The position numbers were made by a program, and so were the translations under genes. A stretch of 64,000 nt of DNA, from the NCBI GenBank assembly GCA_012295275.1, contig CM022676.1:18166001-18230000 (forward strand), in the 5' to 3' direction. Source of the stretch: Chrysomallon squamiferum. Its lineage: Eukaryota; Animalia; Mollusca. The notes beneath the pieces were generated by a model. The model was not told the DNA's origin, did no database searches, and saw only the letters and a program-made list of their open reading frames with translations. This document shows, piece after piece, positions 58,236 through 64,000 of the stretch (the stretch's first letter is position 1; every line of letters begins with the position of its first letter).

Positions 58236-59637
58236 TAGTTTATTAATCACCTAACTGAAATGAACTCTTAAAATTAAAACATTTCAAAAAGAATTTAAGA
58301 TTGTTTCTGTGTTAGGGAATTATTTAATACTAATGAGTTACTGTTTTATTTATTAATTGTCATGTAATAAATTAATTAATATTATTTTATTTTTCTGACA
58401 GATATAATTATGTGGCTAAAAGTTTCACTCAAGTGACATTTATCTGTGTCCATTGATGCTGTTGTTATTAACAATTCTCTCTGGAAGACTGGGAAACCAC
58501 CAGCAACATCAAAGAAAGTGTGTTAGGAAGACGTAGATTTCACAACACACATCACCATCATCCTGATGTCATCAGCTGCAAGAGTTGACATTTTACATCG
58601 TTGTCTTGGTTACAATTCTAAATGACAAATGTTTCACAATACCTTGTTTCAATTCAGGTTTAATCTGCATTTTTAAACATACTTTAAATTCAAGCATGCT
58701 GATTTTAAATATGATAATGAAATATGTTAATTTATTTAAATTCTTGTATATATCAAGAAATGATCAGCTTAAAATAATTAATCATTTTCAGAGCACTCAG
58801 ATCTTTAATTCAGAGGATGTGAAATGAAATCTACGATGAGCCCATGATATTTCAAATCCCTGTTTGTCAGATATAGCTGCAAGTTCTGTTATGATTATTT
58901 TGAACATGATTAATTAGGCTGCATCAAAGCTTGTCCTTTTATTTTTTATTTTTTATTTAATTCAAAACTGATTTAATCCTATAAAAATGTGTAACTCTAT
59001 TTTACTTCTTAATTATAAATGACTTATTTATTTAAATAAAAAGTAATATGTTTTATAACTATGGAATTTTCCAGTTGTCTTTTTTTGATGAATTTATGTT
59101 CTATAGTGCTAAATGTTAAAGAAGAGAAAAGATCAAAGTAAAACTTGTGTAAAAGTAAAGTGTATTGATTCAGATCTGAAGTTTCATTTCACTGTCATAC
59201 TATTTGCATCCATAATGGATGCATAATGAATATTCATAACTACAGATTATATAAAACACTTTATTTTTTTTAAAGTATTTTAGTTACCAAATTAGAAACT
59301 AAACCATATAGAAAACTCTAAAACATATAATTTTGAATTATTTTAGATTGATAATAATATTAAGTACATTAATCTAAAAAACAATGTTATATAGGTGGAG
59401 AAATATGAGGTTAGCTGATTCAACAAACGTGTATATGTAGTTATAAGTACATAATAACAACAACAACAACAAAAATAATGAAAATAAATACACAAATAAA
59501 AAGTCAAACAAACAACAGCAAATATAATCCTCTCCTTTAGATCAGCTGAGAATAATTTAAGTGTGTTTTACACTGAACGAGTTGCATGAAGGAAATGTTA
59601 CTTGTGGGAACCCTGCACTCTCCATGTTTACAGTTTT

Positions 59638-60128
59638 ATGGTGTTGAAAATACAGTTAAGTAGAGAACTGTACACTCCACAGTCTTTGTCACAAAGCTGA
59701 TTTCAATGAGATATAAATGTTTATGTTTATAACTATTAAAGTTATGGTGTTGAACGTACAGTTAAGTAGAGAACTGTACACTCCACAGTCTTTGTTACAA
59801 AGCTGATTTCAATGAGATATAAATGTTTATCATTATAACTATTAAAGTTACGGTGTTGAACGTACAGTTAAGTAGAGAACTGTACACTCCACAGTGTTTG
59901 TCACAAAGCTGATTTCAATGAGATATACATGTTTATCATTATAACTATTAAAGTTATGGTGTTGAACACACTTAAGTAGAGAAATGTACACTCCACAGTC
60001 TTTGTCACAAAGCTGGTTTCAATGAGATATAAATGTTTATCATTATAACTATTAAAGTTACGGTGTTGAACGTACAGTTAAGTACAGAACTGTACACTCC
60101 ACAGTCTTTGTCACAAAGCTGATTTGAA
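59638..60128. repeat. Tandem repeat, ~105 bp unit, about 4.6 copies
   Basis: Unit ggtgttgaacgtacagttaagtagagaactgtacactccacagtctttgtcacaaagctgatttcaatgag...taaagtta repeated. Confidence 0.95.
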
Positions 60129-60760
60129 CGAGATGGGTGGAACGTTCTTTAGCTGTTTTACTTAGATGACAATTCTTACTTATCATTCGGATAACAGTGT
60201 TTACAGGTTTATAATAAAAGGTTAGGTTTAGTGGTAATTTAAATATTAGTTTATTTAAAAAAAAATAGATTTATGGTTATGATTAGCAATTTCCTCCTTG
60301 GTTAGATTTATATTTAAATATCTACTTATATCAAAATGCCTTTGAAATGAAACTTTTGATCAGTGTTAGGATAAATTTTTATTGTCTTTCAATAAATCCT
60401 TAATTTTATCATATTGCAACAAACAAGTTTATAGCTCGGGTTAGGATGGGGTTAGGGGTAGATCTAGGACTAGGGCTAAGGTCAGGCTTAGATTTACGTT
60501 TAGATCTAGGAGTAGGTTTACTAGCTATTTATTTGAAGAGAATTAACAAATAAAACTGAAATTTGTGTATCTGTATGTGTGTATATAGTTTAGGATTTTG
60601 AATATTCTCTGTCGTATGTTCGTCTGATTAGACTGCACACAGACAATATTGGGGAACGCACTGGCTCAGGAGGACAAAATCCAGTCACGACCTCGCAAAC
60701 CTGTCAGATGTCACTGACGAGACTCGTGTGTGTGTATGTCTGTATGTATGTATCTATTTG

Positions 60761-60801
<41 letters not shown>

Positions 60802-60856
60802 CTGTCTAAATGTATGTCTATATGTGCGTATTTATGTATGAATTCGTATGTGTGTA

Positions 60857-60889
<33 letters not shown>

Positions 60890-60971
60890 TAAATTATTAT
60901 CATTATTATTTATTTATTTATTTATTCATTTCATTTTATTTTTCATTTTTTTTATTTTTCTATTATTTTTA

Positions 60972-61022
<51 letters not shown>

Positions 61023-61288
61023 TTATTATTATTATTATTATTATTGGATCAGTTTATTTTACAACAACAACAACTATAACATGACAGAAATTCTGTAATG
61101 ATTAGAATGTAGCTTACAATTGCACTACGCGTTACACACATCAGAAAAACAAAAATAATGTCCTGATGTTTTACACTGTGAGGATAAAAAGAAAAAACAA
61201 AAAATAATAATAATAATAATAATAATAATAATTATTTAATAACATACAGAATAATAAGAGATTGAACATCAAGAAACAAGAGAGACTG

Positions 61289-61365
<77 letters not shown>

Positions 61366-62358
61366 TTATTCTTGTTTGTCTCATAATTGTTTTTGGAAAA
61401 TCCATGTCTAAAGAGAAAGTATTTATAAAGTATGTCAGGCAGAATAGAAAGAAGAAAATGAACATCAAGAGTTAGAATGATGAACTTGCATTATTTATAT
61501 TGCACCATTTTCTACTACATTGATACCCATTATTTATATTTCACATACAGACAGACATACAGATAAGTGAACATCAAGAAACAATGTAGTTTACTGTTCA
61601 TTGTTTCACAACTACTTTGTACTACACTGATATTATACACATTATTTATATTTCACAGACAGACAGACAGACATACAGATAGGTGAACATCAAGAAACAA
61701 TGTAAATAGTTTTAAAATATAAATGAAATAATGACTGAAAAATTTAATTTTTATCATGTAAATATTTTATTGCAGTTTTGTTTTATTACACTGGAGTATG
61801 TAGAAATATATATTTAAATATCACAACTTTTTTTGAAATAAACTACTTAACAAAATAATAGGAGAGTTTAAATATAAGCTCTCACAGACACACATACACA
61901 TACATATACACACATACGTACACAGATACATATATATATATATATATAAGATGGGGGAATATTTCAAGAGTAAATCAGAGTTTGTCTGAAAGTAAAATTT
62001 ATTTGTAATTTAGCAAGTTTAAACTATAAAGTAATTCATAATTAAAAAAAAAACTTTTCTTTATTATTTTCTTTAAGGCAAAGATAAAATAAATTAACTA
62101 AATTAATAACTATACACTATTATATTTTTTAAAAAGAAGTAAATAAAGTATAGAAATTAAGTAAATCAATTACTTTACAAAAAAAATATATTTTAAAGAA
62201 GAAGTAAATAAAGTAAACAAATTAACTTAATTTATTACTTTAGAATAAATAAATAACTGGTGTTCTCTTTATTTATTAGTTTGTGTAAAGAAAAATGTCT
62301 GTCGACTTTCAACTTCAAAACAGTTAAAGTGAAACCAACTTAGGAGACAGTTTGAAGT

Positions 62359-63982
62359 TTACTTTCTACACCATGTAAATATTTTTATTTGTCCGGTGTA
62401 AAACTCTCCCACGTACAGTTTGTTGTCATCACAACAGACACACCAAGGTCTGGACAGTCCATCCTGGCCAGTGAGGATGTCACGTGTAATGTTACCATCT
62501 CGTGACAACTGAACAACACAATTTCTAAAACAATCACAAACAAAAATATTTCCCTCCCTGTTACATACGACATCTCTCAAGTCTCTCATCCTGTCTGAAT
62601 CACGTGACTGCCATTTGACGTCACCTGATGACGTCACACAAAATACTTTGTTTACGTTTTCTCTTTTTGACAACACACTGAGACACTGACCGTGAACTGT
62701 GAAATTGTACGGTCCGGGGATCAAATCTGTTGAGATAGAATTAATGAGCTGACTACTCTCTGTCAGTATGTCCAAGTACTGACCACTAACACACCTAGTA
62801 ACCGCGAAACGGTTGCCAGGTAACACAGCGATAAGCTGATAACTTTTATGAGTTTTAACTCTTTTGGTCACTTCGAAGTTTTTTAAATTTAAAAACAATA
62901 TTTTAGTTTCATCTGGCAGAACAACAACAACAGCAACGTCACCCCGCAGATCACGTGAGTCAGCAAGACCGACTGGACCAGTGGAAGTCACGTGTTTGTT
63001 TATCAGTGATTTTCGTTCTAAACAAAAACATTTTACACACCTATTGTCATAATCACTAACAACAATTTTACTCTTGTCCTCACCTGACACCAGGATGGAA
63101 TACACACAAGGACTGAATTTATCTTCTTTTGTTTTTGTATCAATGGTGTCTGCGTGTTTGAGTGTGTCTGTGTGTTTGTCAATTTGTGTGTCTGTGTGTT
63201 GTGTTTTTGTGTCAATGGTGTCTGTGTGTTTGAGTGTGTCTGTCTGTCTATCTGTGTGACTGTATGTTGTATTTCTGTGTTAATGGTGTCTGTGAGTTTG
63301 AGTGTCTGTCTGTCTGTCTGTCTGTGTGTCTGTATGTTGTGTTTTTGTGTTAATGGTGTCTGTGTGTTTCAATGTGTCTGTGTGTTTGTCTATTTGTGTG
63401 TCTCTGTGTTGTATTTCTGTGTTTGTGGTGTCTGTGCCTTTGAGTGTGTCTGTCTGTCTGTCTATCTGTGTGTTGTGTTTCTGTGTTAATGGTGTCTGTG
63501 AGTTTGAGTGTGTCTGTCTGTCTGTCTAACTGTGTGTTGTATTTCTGTGTTAATGGTGTCTGTGTGTTTGAGTGCGTCTGTCACTCTATCTGTCTCTGCG
63601 TCTGTATGTTGTATTTCTGTGTTAATGGTGTCTGTGTGTTTGAGTGTGTCTGTCTGTCTGTCTATCTGTGTGTCTGTATGTTGTATTTCTGTGTTAATGG
63701 TGTCTGTGAGTTTGTGTGTCTGTCTGTCTGTCTATCTGTGTGTCTGTATGTTGTGTTTTTGTGTTAATGGTGTCTGTGAGTTTGAGTGTGTCTGTGTGTT
63801 GTGTTTTTGTGTTAATGGTGTCTGTGTGTTTGAGTGTGTCTGTGTGTTTTTCTGTCTGTGTGTTGTGTTTCTGTGTTAATGCTGTCTGTGTGTTTGAATT
63901 GTCTGTCTCTCTGTCTATCTGTGTGTCTGTATGTTGTGACTTAATTATTTGGTTGTTTCTGGTCAGCAAGTCTAAGTTTATG
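62359..63982 (-). CDS. 3' exon of a second TRIM-like NHL-domain paralogue (NHL propeller plus expanded repeat linker); 5' exons lie beyond the window
   Basis: ORF 62359-63105 aligns end to end with ORF 8766-9521 (both end IKIFTWCRK). 3' flanks are also homologous (62200-62358 vs ~8620-8765). The frame stays open upstream to ~63279 ([18 protein letters not shown]...[18 protein letters not shown]). Candidate acceptor ttattactttacag at 63983. Confidence 0.8.
63125..63935 (-). repeat. Compound minisatellite in the linker of the second TRIM-like gene
   Basis: Repeated gtgttaatggtgtctgtgtgtttgagtgtgtctgtctg units. The minus strand encodes [11 protein letters not shown](E/K)[16 protein letters not shown] peptides. 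Confidence 0.9.
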
Positions 63983-64000
63983 CTGTAAAGTAATAAAAAC

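Noticed and set aside
59638-60128. Possible CRISPR or small-RNA gene array
   Set aside because: The whole ~105 bp unit repeats with no spacer, and no Pol III boxes or recognisable RNA structure are seen.
63074-63988. Long plus-strand Cys/Val-rich ORFs
   Set aside because: Antisense readings of the minisatellite in the minus-strand TRIM-like exon.

Overview
This is a very AT-rich, microsatellite-dense window from a eukaryotic animal genome (probably an invertebrate such as a mollusc; this is inferred from repeat style and gene families). It shows no prokaryotic features. Recognisable genes: (1) a minus-strand RING + coiled-coil + NHL beta-propeller (TRIM-like) gene at 8766-10897 with three single-base shifts in A-runs; (2) the 3' part of a paralogue at 62359-~63982, whose linker is expanded into a ~0.8 kb minisatellite; (3) a plus-strand two-coding-exon BTB-BACK-PHR (BTBD3/BTBD6-like) gene at 49436-50994 with clustered indels in exon 1. 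The rest is repeat and transposon debris: a ~3.8 kb recent tandem duplication bounded by (AAT)n; decayed Tc1, ISL2EU/Harbinger-like, Sola-like and L1/Tx1-like fragments; hAT and pogo-like MITEs; SINEs; minisatellites; two orphan collagen fragments; and a 200-N gap. The most interesting signals are hypervariable loop positions between the two NHL paralogues, four old copies of a promoter/5'UTR-exon-like module upstream of the BTB gene, and CpG-depleted blocks carrying many splice-flanked non-coding exon-like islands and captured gene fragments. None of this proves a new system.
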